A DNA stretch of 64,000 nt from Setoptus koraiensis. Its lineage: Eukaryota > Animalia > Arthropoda. Position numbers and translations under genes: made by a program. The DNA is taken from assembly GCA_048013815.1 (NCBI GenBank), contig CM106585.1:19778001-19842000 (forward strand), written 5' to 3'. The notes beneath the pieces are model-generated. The model was not told where the DNA came from, did not search any database, and saw nothing but the letters and a program-made list of their open reading frames with translations. Every line of letters starts with the position of its first letter. The stretch's first letter is position 1. This document shows, in pieces, positions 1 through 10,505 of this stretch.

Positions 1-120
1 TACCTGCCAACCAAGGCTATCTATTATGAACTTATTATTGGTATTAATTTAAGTAATTATCCAATCATACTACATATAATCCAGGATTAGACATAGCTAA
101 CCTCATGAGCAACATTGTCG

Positions 121-1056
121 ATGGCCACTCAAATGAGCACCCAAGCATCAACCATTGCAGCATGTAGCATTGGTGCAACTGGTATCATGCAGAAATGTAA
201 TCAATTGCAACCTAATCTTATTTGTACCATTGAGGCATCATTTGATCCATACGATGAGGATAGCTGGTTCTTTGGCTCTATGGGTCGCAATGAAGCAACA
301 GACCTCTTATTGACAGAGCCGGAAGGAGTTTTTATTGTAAGAGAAAGTACAACAAGTCTCGGTGATCTCGTGTTGAGCGTTAAAGAAAGCGCCGATAAAG
401 TTAGTCATTACATCATCAATAAGATTACTGTTAAAAAAGATTCCTCCAAAACGCACCAAATTAGATTTAAAATCGGTGATCAATCCTTCCTAGATGTGCC
501 ATCATTATTAACATTTTATAAAAAACATTTTCTAGATACAACCTCATTGAAGAAACCCGCCAAAGTCAGAGAGAAAAAATCACAAATGTTCATCTGTGAT
601 TATCTTGAGACATTATCACAAAATTCAAATACTACCACCTCGTCTACGTCAGATGACCAACTGTCACAAAGCCAACAATCTAACAAGAGCCATACAATTA
701 GTGTTTCACCATTAGATATGAGTGGCCAACTAATTACAACTTCCAATCAGGATACCTTCAATCACCTACCGACTCACTTTGGCATTCATGATAACTTCGA
801 TCATGCAATCAGTGATCACTCGACCACTTTAAAGAGACACCACAATTTACCTTGTCTTGCACGAGTTATTAGATCAAAGATTCCTAACGCCTACGATAAG
901 ACCGCTTTAACTTTGAAATTAGGCGACATAATCAAAGTAACCGAGACTCGAGTTAGTGGCCAATGGGAGGGAGAGCTCAACGGTAAAAAAGGCCATTTCC
1001 CCTTCACACATGTTGAATTTAGTGAAGGACCTGAAGTACAGCCCGATGTCTCCTGA
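121..1056 (+). CDS. CRK: CRK/CRKL-family adaptor (SH2 + C-terminal-type SH3), intronless
   Basis: SH2 'SWFFGSMGRNEATDLL...GVFIVRESTTSLGDLVLSVKE...VSHYII'; C-terminal 'LARVIRSKIPNAYDKTALTLKLGDIIKVTETRVSGQWEGELNGKKGHFPFTHVEF' closely resembles the CRK cSH3. First ATG at 121 (ORF track starts at TTG 115); TGA 1054-1056. Confidence 0.9.
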   Translation: MATQMSTQASTIAACSIGATGIMQKCNQLQPNLICTIEASFDPYDEDSWFFGSMGRNEATDLLLTEPEGVFIVRESTTSLGDLVLSVKESADKVSHYIINKITVKKDSSKTHQIRFKIGDQSFLDVPSLLTFYKKHFLDTTSLKKPAKVREKKSQMFICDYLETLSQNSNTTTSSTSDDQLSQSQQSNKSHTISVSPLDMSGQLITTSNQDTFNHLPTHFGIHDNFDHAISDHSTTLKRHHNLPCLARVIRSKIPNAYDKTALTLKLGDIIKVTETRVSGQWEGELNGKKGHFPFTHVEFSEGPEVQPDVS

Positions 1057-1454
1057 ATGCCACCAATTGTCCCATCAAAGGTACAATTAGAGACAAAACT
1101 GACTCTTCTGACGATCTTACGTATTCTGTTTCCCATTCCATTTTGAACATGTTTGTGGGATATAGGTGGCCGAATGATCTCTAATGTAATTGTCTAAATT
1201 TCATCGCCAGTAATTGATCATCTTTGCCTGTGCACTGATCACGACGGATTGATAGAATGACAAAATGCTATGAATTGCTGTTAAGTCCGGTCACCAGCTG
1301 ATTCACGAAGTCTTTTTACGAGATTCGAAATGACCTGTGGGCTGGTCACATTCGACATTGACCGATCCGAAGATTTACTGACCATTGGCCGCTATTATCA
1401 ATTCAAATTGTTTGCCATACAATTGACGGAAAGGAAAGAGAAACAAGAGGCGCG

Positions 1455-1697
1455 ATGGACATAACCGATAACAACAAATGCGCCTTTTGTGATGAACCAA
1501 AGAACCAAGCCAAATATCAGTGTCCTAGATGTAATAAGAGATACTGCTCACTAGCTTGCTACAAAAAAGAGACTCATTCTGGTTGCACAGAGTCATTCTA
1601 CAAGGATTGTGTCCAGAAAGAATTAAGGAGCTTGGTTGTAGACAAAAATGCAAGGAGAAAAATGCTTGAAATACTCAGAAGACAAACTGATCAATGA
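1455..1697 (+). CDS. ZNHIT2: Short zf-HIT protein resembling the ZNHIT2 N-terminus (80 aa)
   Basis: 'CAFC...KYQCPRCNKRYCSLACYKK..HSGCTESFYKDCV..EL' is a zf-HIT finger followed by the C.E.FY...V..EL segment seen in ZNHIT2; TGA at 1695-1697. Confidence 0.7.
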   Translation: MDITDNNKCAFCDEPKNQAKYQCPRCNKRYCSLACYKKETHSGCTESFYKDCVQKELRSLVVDKNARRKMLEILRRQTDQ

Positions 1698-1788
1698 CGC
1701 GTCCGAAACGCGATAAAACATCCGTTCCTTGCGAGTATTGGTTGCTGGAAGAATAAATCCACAGTTATTATTTAAAAAACAATAATGA

Positions 1789-3669
1789 TTACATAACTTG
1801 TTCAAGTCTTTCATATAATATGACAAGTTCGCAAAATTCGGTGTGAGGAAATAGATCCACTGCGATAGCTTTTTTTGGAACAAATGGTTGATTCTGGTAT
1901 GCCTTAGATCGCGGACGACACAGGTCAATCAAATTCCTGTTAGTTCTGGCGTCGCAGGCAACGTAGATAATCTTCTTGATCTCGGAGCTTCTCAAAGTCT
2001 TGATCAGGGAAGCATTCAAGCCATTTCTTGGTGGATCAATGACTGCCACTATTTCTCCAACATGATTGTTTTCTGAGCGTCTAGACTTTAGTATAGTCAA
2101 ACATTCAGATAGTAGATCCTCGGCCTTTCCAGCGAAGAATTGTGCATTTTTTATGTTATTTTCTTTAGCGTTAAACTCGGCATCCTCAATTGCACTTTTT
2201 ACTATGTCTATCCCGATCACATACTTGACAAATCTCGACAAATTGATCCCTATGGTACCCGTTCCACAAGCAATGTCCAAAAGAAAAGTATCTTGCGATA
2301 GATTTGCAATATCAGCTATGGACTGGTATAACAAACTAGCTGCCTTGGTGTTGACCTGAAAGAAAGATGTGGGACCGACACGAAATCTAAGTGGATCAAG
2401 AGCATTTTGTTCGGTTTCAAGTTTTTTGCCTGAATTTTGTGAATCTAAATGAAAACTTTCCAGATATTCAATGAGATACTTGGATCCGTAAATAAGTTTA
2501 AGATCCTCGCTAGATTTATCCATGTGGAGTTTTTTCGATATATTAGCGTAGATCGAACATATTTGCGAAATACTGGTGGTCAAGTGATCTCTAAGATTAT
2601 CACATTCTTTCTGAATTTCATCGGCTGTCATTGATTGGGGATGGAAATCTACAATTACCATAGCCTCACCTATCGTGTTAGTCCTGACAGTCAATTGTTT
2701 TAGATTTCCGACATGGCTGACTTGATCAAAAGGTTGCAAGGAGCAGGATTCTGATTTTGTATACTCCTCAAACGAGTCGATTATCTTAAACATAAGTTCG
2801 TTGAGTAGAGGGCAATCTTTAGATGGTCTCATGACACGCAGAGAACCATTGCGATAGTTTCCACATTTGAATCCAACAGTACCATCGCTGCCTATGTTGA
2901 ACTCACATTTATTCCTGTAGCCCGAGACAACTGGCGATGCTATTATATTCGTGTACTGGCAGCACATTTTGTTATTTTCCTTTATTGTCTTAAACCACCA
3001 ATCAAATAGACTGGGACAGTCACGTTGAAGATTCGGCGTCAATTTGCGAATTTGTTTCGCTAAATGAATCAAAATAAAGCTTATGGCATTTTTCTTTATT
3101 TCGAGTTGATCTTTGTAATCGGTTCTCCAAAGATTGCAGACTTTGTCATTAATATCTTCATCAGTCCAGTCAGCTTCATCTTTACAAGAGCTGTCGCCGT
3201 AGCCTTCGGCATTGTTGTCGTTTTCTGCAGTGTTGGAATTGATCTCAGAGGCGACTGGCGCCACTTGATTGTCAGCATCATAACTAAATTCTAACTTTCT
3301 TCTCTTTATTAGTGGATCGGCCTTCGGATCGGCTCGGCTAACGCGAAGTATTTGTCCTTTCCAAGGATAGTTATTCAACACAGACATGGCCTGTTCACGG
3401 TCTTGTTCATTGTCGAAAGACACGTAGGCTCTTCTGTCGCCCAATTTCACCTTGTGCGCTTTGAGACCCAACGATCTTGTTAGAAGATTTGTTATAGTTT
3501 GAAATTGTAGATTTTTTGGCAGGTTGGATATTTCGATCTTGTAGATTTCGGATGTGAATTCGTGGTCTCGTTTGGTATATTCGTATTCGTCATCCAAAGT
3601 TGCTGATTCCGTGGCCACTGTGTCCTCCGTTTTTGGAGTAGCTTCCTCTGTTGGGACTACAGCTGACAT
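1789..3669 (-). CDS. TRMT2A: tRNA (uracil-5-)-methyltransferase homolog A, intronless, 626 aa
   Basis: N-terminal RRM ('YKIEISNLP...AYVSF'), 'YRNKCEF', 'SFFQVNT', SAM-binding 'LDIACGTGTIG', 'DPPRNG', 'YVACD', 'VDLFPHTEFCELV'. Confidence 0.93.
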   Translation of the reverse strand: MSAVVPTEEATPKTEDTVATESATLDDEYEYTKRDHEFTSEIYKIEISNLPKNLQFQTITNLLTRSLGLKAHKVKLGDRRAYVSFDNEQDREQAMSVLNNYPWKGQILRVSRADPKADPLIKRRKLEFSYDADNQVAPVASEINSNTAENDNNAEGYGDSSCKDEADWTDEDINDKVCNLWRTDYKDQLEIKKNAISFILIHLAKQIRKLTPNLQRDCPSLFDWWFKTIKENNKMCCQYTNIIASPVVSGYRNKCEFNIGSDGTVGFKCGNYRNGSLRVMRPSKDCPLLNELMFKIIDSFEEYTKSESCSLQPFDQVSHVGNLKQLTVRTNTIGEAMVIVDFHPQSMTADEIQKECDNLRDHLTTSISQICSIYANISKKLHMDKSSEDLKLIYGSKYLIEYLESFHLDSQNSGKKLETEQNALDPLRFRVGPTSFFQVNTKAASLLYQSIADIANLSQDTFLLDIACGTGTIGINLSRFVKYVIGIDIVKSAIEDAEFNAKENNIKNAQFFAGKAEDLLSECLTILKSRRSENNHVGEIVAVIDPPRNGLNASLIKTLRSSEIKKIIYVACDARTNRNLIDLCRPRSKAYQNQPFVPKKAIAVDLFPHTEFCELVILYERLEQVM

Positions 3670-3789
3670 TATTTCTAGTTATTACAGTATTTGTTTTCGA
3701 AGAATAATATTATCAGCAATAAATGAATTGGGGTCTCGTAAGGCAATCGATGATCATACTGACCACGTGCTTGCAAGAGGAATCAATGC

Positions 3790-4240
3790 GAAGCGGTGCC
3801 TGATAGCTTGAAATGAGAATGCCTGTACATTCTCTCCTTTCTGTGCCAACTTCCCGAGAAGTCTACGGGTAGAGTGGCCGCCGAGCTGGGCGTGCCTGAA
3901 CCATCTATTATCGCGCCGCAGACCAGCAACGAGTGGGTGTGTATCAAAGCGTTGTGGTTGCAACAAGGGGCTGTTTTCCAAACATTTTTTGTCGGGGCAC
4001 AGTCAAATTAGAGAAGAGGGTTCATTGCTAGTCGCAGGCTCCCTCGGACGGGTCCTCTAACATGCTGAATGATATTATCTGTATCTCGGGACATTCGGGT
4101 ACGATTTGGGGGCTCGACGGGTACTGGCACTGTGGGCAAAGATAGCTAAAATCTGTGCCAGAGCGCGAGCGTTATCGTGCACAGAGTACAGATGTGCGGA
4201 AATTCCTGAGCCATCATATGACAGTTCAGGCACCCTAAAC
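3790..4240. ncRNA. Candidate structured non-coding RNA, family unassigned
   Basis: Visibly GC-richer than flanking genes, no convincing ORF; inverted pairs GTGCCTGAAC 3892-3901 / GTTCAGGCAC 4224-4233 and TCCCGAGA 3852-3859 / TCTCGGGA 4084-4091; hairpin GAGAATG 3815-3821 / CATTCTC 3828-3834; T6 run at 3985-3990. No Rfam family recognised by eye. Confidence 0.3.
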
Positions 4241-4316
4241 ATTGAAACATTCCTTTGGATTGAATCGTTCATTGTTGCATAAGCCTGTTAATTAATTAAT
4301 AATCTTAACCGTTACA

Positions 4317-4892
4317 ATGTCTACATCTTTACAAGAGAGAACCCTAGTGGTTAAAGGATACGACCCAGACAAAACATCAAAAGAATTATTAGAAGAACTA
4401 TTTATTCAAGGTGGACCCGTTAGAAATATTGTATATAGGCCGGATCACTCATTCGTTGAATATGAAGACAAAGAGTCCGTTGGTTATGCTTTGGCTCTTT
4501 TCAGAGGTTTGGAATTATTCAAACGTTCACTGATAATTGAACCGAAATTAAATGAGCCATCCTATTTCAAATATCTAAAAGATCTAGACCTAGTTTATAA
4601 TAGTTTGATGATGGAAAGGAATTTAGTAGCCAATAATGTACCACCACGTCAAGTAATTTTACCACCTCAATTAATCAATCAAACAAATCATCAAAATCCA
4701 GCCATGTTTATTCAACCACTATTACCTGGTACATCTAATTTCAATCTAAATTCGATGCGTCGTCAGAGTGGCGGTTTTGTCACAATGGACCCAGATCGAG
4801 TCTATTACCCACAGAGTCTACGTCCCTCTAGAAACAACTACAATAGGCCCCGCCCTCACCACCATCATAGAAATAAGAGATGGTCCAATTGA
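4317..4892 (+). CDS. RBM7: Single-RRM protein, RBM7/RBM11-like
   Basis: 'ERTLVVKG...ELLEELFIQGGPV...SFVEYEDKESVGYALALFRGLELFKRSL' resembles the RBM7 RRM, followed by a low-complexity Pro/Asn/Arg tail. Confidence 0.75.
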   Translation: MSTSLQERTLVVKGYDPDKTSKELLEELFIQGGPVRNIVYRPDHSFVEYEDKESVGYALALFRGLELFKRSLIIEPKLNEPSYFKYLKDLDLVYNSLMMERNLVANNVPPRQVILPPQLINQTNHQNPAMFIQPLLPGTSNFNLNSMRRQSGGFVTMDPDRVYYPQSLRPSRNNYNRPRPHHHHRNKRWSN

Positions 4893-5388
4893 TTGTGGTA
4901 AAAGAGAATACACATATCTGATATAGCACATAACTAACAAATCATCTATTTCACCTATAATGACGCATGGAGATAGAGAGAAAAATCACCCACAAGCTCT
5001 ACAGTATCATAGATACAATCTTACCTCCACGAAACAGTGTCCATGCAATGTTATAGAGATCATTTTGTGATAATGAGATGAATTCTCTATGAACAAAAGT
5101 CAATAAGATTCGCTCATGCAATATGGACCTTGGCAACTTGGAAACCATTCATAGACATTGGCCAACAGGTGCAATTGGCAATAGATCAATTGATTGTTAG
5201 CTGTTTTAGTTCTGTCGAAACAGCCTTGATTGGAATAAACCCACCTCACTTGTAAAGTCACATGGCGCTTGTCTCTGTCCTTAGTTGATTCGATACAAAA
5301 ATTGAATAAAAAGTAACTGAGAAAATCATTATTGATTAGCATTCAAACAATTGAACTTTGTTGTAAGTAAGTGAGTAAGTTTGTGAAT

Positions 5389-6866
5389 ATGCGCCAGCCC
5401 CGAACAATCAAGACATGGTCGGTTCGCACCGGACTGAAGGCAATCGGTGTAGTATTGATACTCCAGTTGCAATTTGGTCTGGCCAGAAATCCAGCCGATC
5501 TTTTGAAGCTGCTGAACGAATTACCCGAACCCAATTATATAGAGCAAGCGGACATAAAACGGATCAATGATAACCATACGATAAACGCGAATCCGCCGTC
5601 GTCCTCTCTAGACGGTGATCGTCTAGGATCGGATCTCATTGTAAATAAAAATGGCGAAAATGAGGACGGCTCATCCGACAACCTTTCAAGCTCACCGGAC
5701 GATGCGGCTGAACCGAGACATTTGGCCAGTGATGTAAGTTTTATCTTATTTTTTCAGTCAAGTCAACCCATGTGTTGTTCTATCGTACCTATGCACTTCC
5801 GATAAACTGATCTAATTAATTAATCATCGTTGTTGTACGCGCGCGTCACTTTAAGGATGTCGATTGGGCCAATGTATATCGACCAACACTGAGAACCGCC
5901 ATTGGCGAACGATGGGCAATGAGCCAGATTGCGTGGAGTTCTCACAATCGGATGACTTTCTTGTCAGAGAAAGGAAACGGTTTTCAGGTGTTCATAATGG
6001 TGAATAGTATGAGTAGTGAATCATGGCTTTGGTATGCAGTTTTGTCTAAAATAACGCAATCTCTGAAACGTTTGTGTTCAAATGATGTAATCAATTGCAA
6101 AGATCAAGTCTTTGCGGGTCATTTGGCCCTAATAACAGCCTACAATACGGCATTGAGCATTGCCGACGATAATAGCTCGTTTATCTTTACACTTGCACTA
6201 AAAGATGCTCAACAGAGCCAGAATTTGTTGCATGTACGACGCGGCATCTTGCTGAGATATGAGCCCATGAGCTTGAATGTGACACCTTCGGAGGGCGACA
6301 CGGAGGAGCAGAAGATCGCCTATGAGAAGGCGATTTTCGAGCAGACAAGCATATTGAAGGAGCGCCCGAAGAATGCGGACGACATTGCCTTCCTGACCAT
6401 CACAACGGATCTCTGGGATAATGTTTATATGACGCGTGACCTAAAGCTTTACATGTGCCAAAAGTATTCAGAAAGCATGAATCCTTCGCAGTCGGCAAGC
6501 AGCGACAATGTGAAAACGGACACTAACGAATCGTCTGCGGGCAATTTGGAGCTGCCCGTTGATGAGCTGGACGTTACCAAGAACATAACCCTGGACGCCA
6601 CCTATTGGTATGCGAGACGCTTCTTGATTCCGCCCAACAATGAACGAATACTATCTAGCAGTGTGTTTGTATTTTTGTTGAAATCACTGTCAGAGATTTG
6701 TAGCTCGGATGTGGCCACCGTGTCAGGCCCGTCTGACAACAACAACAACAACAACAGCAACAACAACAACAACGACAACAGCAGCAACGTAGAATTGGAC
6801 GATGGCAAGCCGACAACTTTGGCCAGTATAATCATGGAGGCGTCAAGTGAGGGTGCCGTTGTGTAA
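5389..6866 (+). CDS. Two-exon secreted protein of unknown function, join(5389..5733,5856..6866)
   Basis: ATG 5389 followed by a signal-peptide-like stretch (MRQPRTIKTWSVRTGLKAIGVVLILQLQFGLA); donor GAT|GTAAGT at 5734 and acceptor CTTTAAG| at 5855 (122-nt intron, phase 0) join ORF 5371-5805 in frame to ORF 5919-6866 via DVDWANVYRPTLRTAIGERWA; AAC repeat encodes poly-Asn near the C-terminus. Confidence 0.65.
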
Positions 6867-7379
6867 AACAACGACACCTTCAAAACAATCGTCACGAACG
6901 GGCCGAACCTATTGCGCGTTGTCAGTAAAATAACCAAGATAAATTACCACTGTCATTATCATTTGTCATGTGTCATAATTAACTGAATGAAAATAAATAT
7001 ATCACACCATATGTGAGTTAATAACAATTTGTTAGCTGACCAGATGTCATTGTTAGGCAAGCATATGTTGTAACGATTGACTTGGGGCGCATAGCGGCGT
7101 TAGCGCGTGCGCTACATTGCGCCGTTTGAGGGGCCCGTCTGTCTACCGCAATGTTTGTGTTTGTACGTGCTCGTGTGTGTTGTGTTGCTGTTTGGTATGG
7201 CGATAGCATCTTGGTCACTATTTCAATGGGCTCCACAAAGCAATGGTAGTGCGTTTGTTGTGTCACAAACAGAGCCCAACCATATGGTTGAAACATTGGC
7301 CCGCTGAGCGTCGTAGTTGGCGGTGATGTTGCGCTGAAGAGAACAACAGAGAGCATAATTAAATCAGAGCAACACAGCA

Positions 7380-9215
7380 AGACAACAACGACAACAACAA
7401 CGACAACAAAGTGACTCGGTGGAGCAGCAATTGAGTTTAGGCGAGAAAGTGTAGTGGCCAGATTAAATGCGAAGGAGTGAAATTATATCTATCTCATGTT
7501 ATCTTTAGTGTCGTTTTATATCAAGGAAATAAGTGTTTGAATCAGTCGATGATACGACAACAACAGTCGCAACAACAACGACGACAACAACGACAACGAT
7601 AGCGACAACGACTACGACAATTGTGCAACACCATCGCCAGCAGTACAATTACAAGTGCGAGTGGCGATGCCGTCGCCGTGCAGTTAACGGTACGGTTGCC
7701 GACCAATCTATTCTACCTGGTCTAGTCGCGTTGCTTTGATATCGCCAATCCGCTATCCAATGAAATCAAATCAGATTGCGGATCCTATCCAATTCCTACC
7801 AGATCGCTGCCAGTTGTTGTCTAGCCAATGTGAGTGGTCGTGGTGGCCGTAATCATAAGGTTAATTCGAATTCCAGCACCATCATGACACCACTATTTCA
7901 ACCAGCGGCGCCACTTCAACTACAACAGCAACAGCAACAACAACAACAACAACAACAGCAACTAAAACGATAACTACCGTTAACAATACCTGCCATTATC
8001 GTCATCGCAACAAGCGTTGCGCGACCACCACTATTATGACCACGGTTAGTTGCAGTTAGAGAGTGAGTTGGCTTCCGTTGTTGAGTCATTATGTTCAATG
8101 GTTGATGCCCTGCCATTGATAACTGCACCGCTGTGCCCACTTTTGATACCAGCAGCATTGGCAGCAACAACAACAACAACAGCGCTTGTGTGATCTAAAT
8201 AATGGCAGTATCAGAGCGAAGTGAAAGAAACAAACATCACCTTACATGTTGAGTAGCAACAGTTATGTTAGTTTTCATTTTGTTGTTGTCTGCTGGCGAT
8301 ATTTGCTGTTGCCGGCGTCGTTGCGAAACTTGTTCTCTTGTCTAACAACAACAACCGATGCTCATCTCGACAATTGAAGACCGGTAGCTACTGCGCTCGC
8401 TGATAAACAAGATTTGAGTTGCAGCCGCACGACTGGCATTGGCATTGGAATTGGCAAAATCAAAATCAAAATCGGCCAACAAACAACTACAAACAACAAG
8501 CTACTCATAATACTCATAATACTCACATAATAAGCTGCCTGCAAACTGCCAGCCAGAGAAGCCGGCAAAGCGAGAGCGCAGAAACGGGAATGAATAGATG
8601 TGAACCAATTTGAAATTTGACGCCGATCATCATCGATTTAATGAAAGTGGACGACAACAATCGATGGGAACAGGTCTGGCCGGCTACGCGACCCACAGAC
8701 AACTGTAGCTCACACACTGACTGGTGAGTAGTGACCTTACCCAGCAGAGTCGATATTGCATGACAGCGGCGACAACGACGACAAAATGATTGCCGGCAAC
8801 GCTTTGCACAGCCAGACCGGCGCCGCTGATGCCGTCGGCCTGTTGCTGTCTGAGGAAACAACGGCCATTGTCATCGCAACAACAGCGACGCCGGCAACAA
8901 CAGCGACAGCGGCAACAACAGCGACAGCGGCAGCGGCAACAACAACGACAACAAGCGCAAGTGACAATGACAATAATGGCCCGAAGCTCGAAAAACAACA
9001 ACAGGACCTAGAGCAACCAAATTCAGGGCTTGTCAATTGCGATTTAATGTCACCCTTTGTTGTTGGCAGCGAAGAGTTCAGCGCGAAGCGGCCAGAAACG
9101 GCACCAGTTCAACGTCCACAGCCAGCCAGTTGCGCTGCCAGTGAGGCGAGCTGTCCGCTGGCGAGTCAACAAAAACAACGACAAAACAACAACAACAGCA
9201 GCAACAACGACAACG

Positions 9216-9271
<56 letters not shown>

Positions 9272-10473
9272 AATAGGTCAATCTTGTCGAGGAGCAAAGT
9301 GCTGAAAGCCATAGTTGAGCGACTGAACAACAACAACAACAGCACCAGCGCCGCCAGACAACAACATCCACACAGCTGTTCCGGCACGACAGGTGAGCCG
9401 GTAGTGAGAAACAATAGCTTCGAGGGGCCGGCAGAGGGCGACAATTTCCAGATTAGACGACAATCGAGCGCGACGACCACGCCAGAGACAGTTGGCTGCG
9501 GATCCTGCGCGTCGTCGACGCTGCAATCACTGTCGACTGAGGCGTCGTTGCGGCCCCATTTACAGCTCGAGGCTTGCGCCGATGTCGCGCCAACAGCGAC
9601 GACGGCAGAAACTGTGCAAAAATGTTGTCCCATCGTGCTGGCTTCTGGCGGGAGAAAGTTGTCGTGCGAACACGCTGATTTGCGATGCCAGTCCGGCGAG
9701 TCCTGCCAACCGAGCAATGGGAAAAACTTCGAGAGCAGACACACTCAAACGACCCCAATAAAGCGCGCTCGCTCACCTGGACGCTCGCCGGTCGACGGCG
9801 ATTTGCCGCCGGCCAGCCCGCTCCGTGCCCGCTCATCCGCCTCTGACATGGCGGGCTCACCGGACCGGCAGCGGCCAGCAAAGGGGCGCGCCAACGACGA
9901 GCAGCGGGAGCGCGGCAACGGTGAGCAAGCAAACAAACAGGAAGCTGACAGGCGATTGTCAGCACAGGCGGAGACTGGCGCCGACGAAGCGACTTTGTGT
10001 TCGCACGCCCACATAAAGTCGTCTTGCCAGTCGGCGGCGGCGCGTCTAAACGACGAGCGCACCGCCGGGCGCCCGTTACCGCAGCCCGCAGAGCAGCGCC
10101 GACAGGTGCGCAACGAGAAGCGGCGGGTAGTCGGCGGCTGGCAAGATCGGTGCCAGGGTTGTTGTTGTTGTTGTTGTTGTCGCAGTGAGCAATCTATCGA
10201 AGCCGACGATCGACAGGCACGGCAGCGAGGAGCAACAACAGCAGTAGCAGGCGACGAATCGGCAACAAGTGGCAACCACGGCCATGCGGACGACTGCTGT
10301 TGCGTCACTGGCAACGCTACAGGTTGCAAACAGCAACGACAGAGGCTCGAACAGCATGCGAAGCAACAACATGAGCACAAGCAAGCCCAAAAACAACAAC
10401 AACAGCAACAACAACAAGCGAACGACAGAGAGGCAGTCGGCCAATCGGTGATAGGTGCGGGCGGCTACAAACA

Positions 10474-10505
<32 letters not shown>

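Noticed and set aside
1281-1385. Minus-strand 34-aa ORF (MVSKSSDRSMSNVTSPQVISNLVKRLRESAGDRT), faintly like the NDUFA7 N-terminus
   Set aside because: No downstream exon giving the expected conserved motifs could be assembled.
3880-3935. Fragments reminiscent of SRP RNA (CGTGCCTG, TGAACC, ACCAGCAAC)
   Set aside because: The conserved helix-8 CAGG-GNRA-AGCA arrangement is absent, so no SRP call; region kept only as an unassigned ncRNA candidate.
5100-5342. 80-aa minus-strand ORF between RBM7 and the secreted gene
   Set aside because: No ATG start, no motif, lies in probable UTR/promoter sequence.
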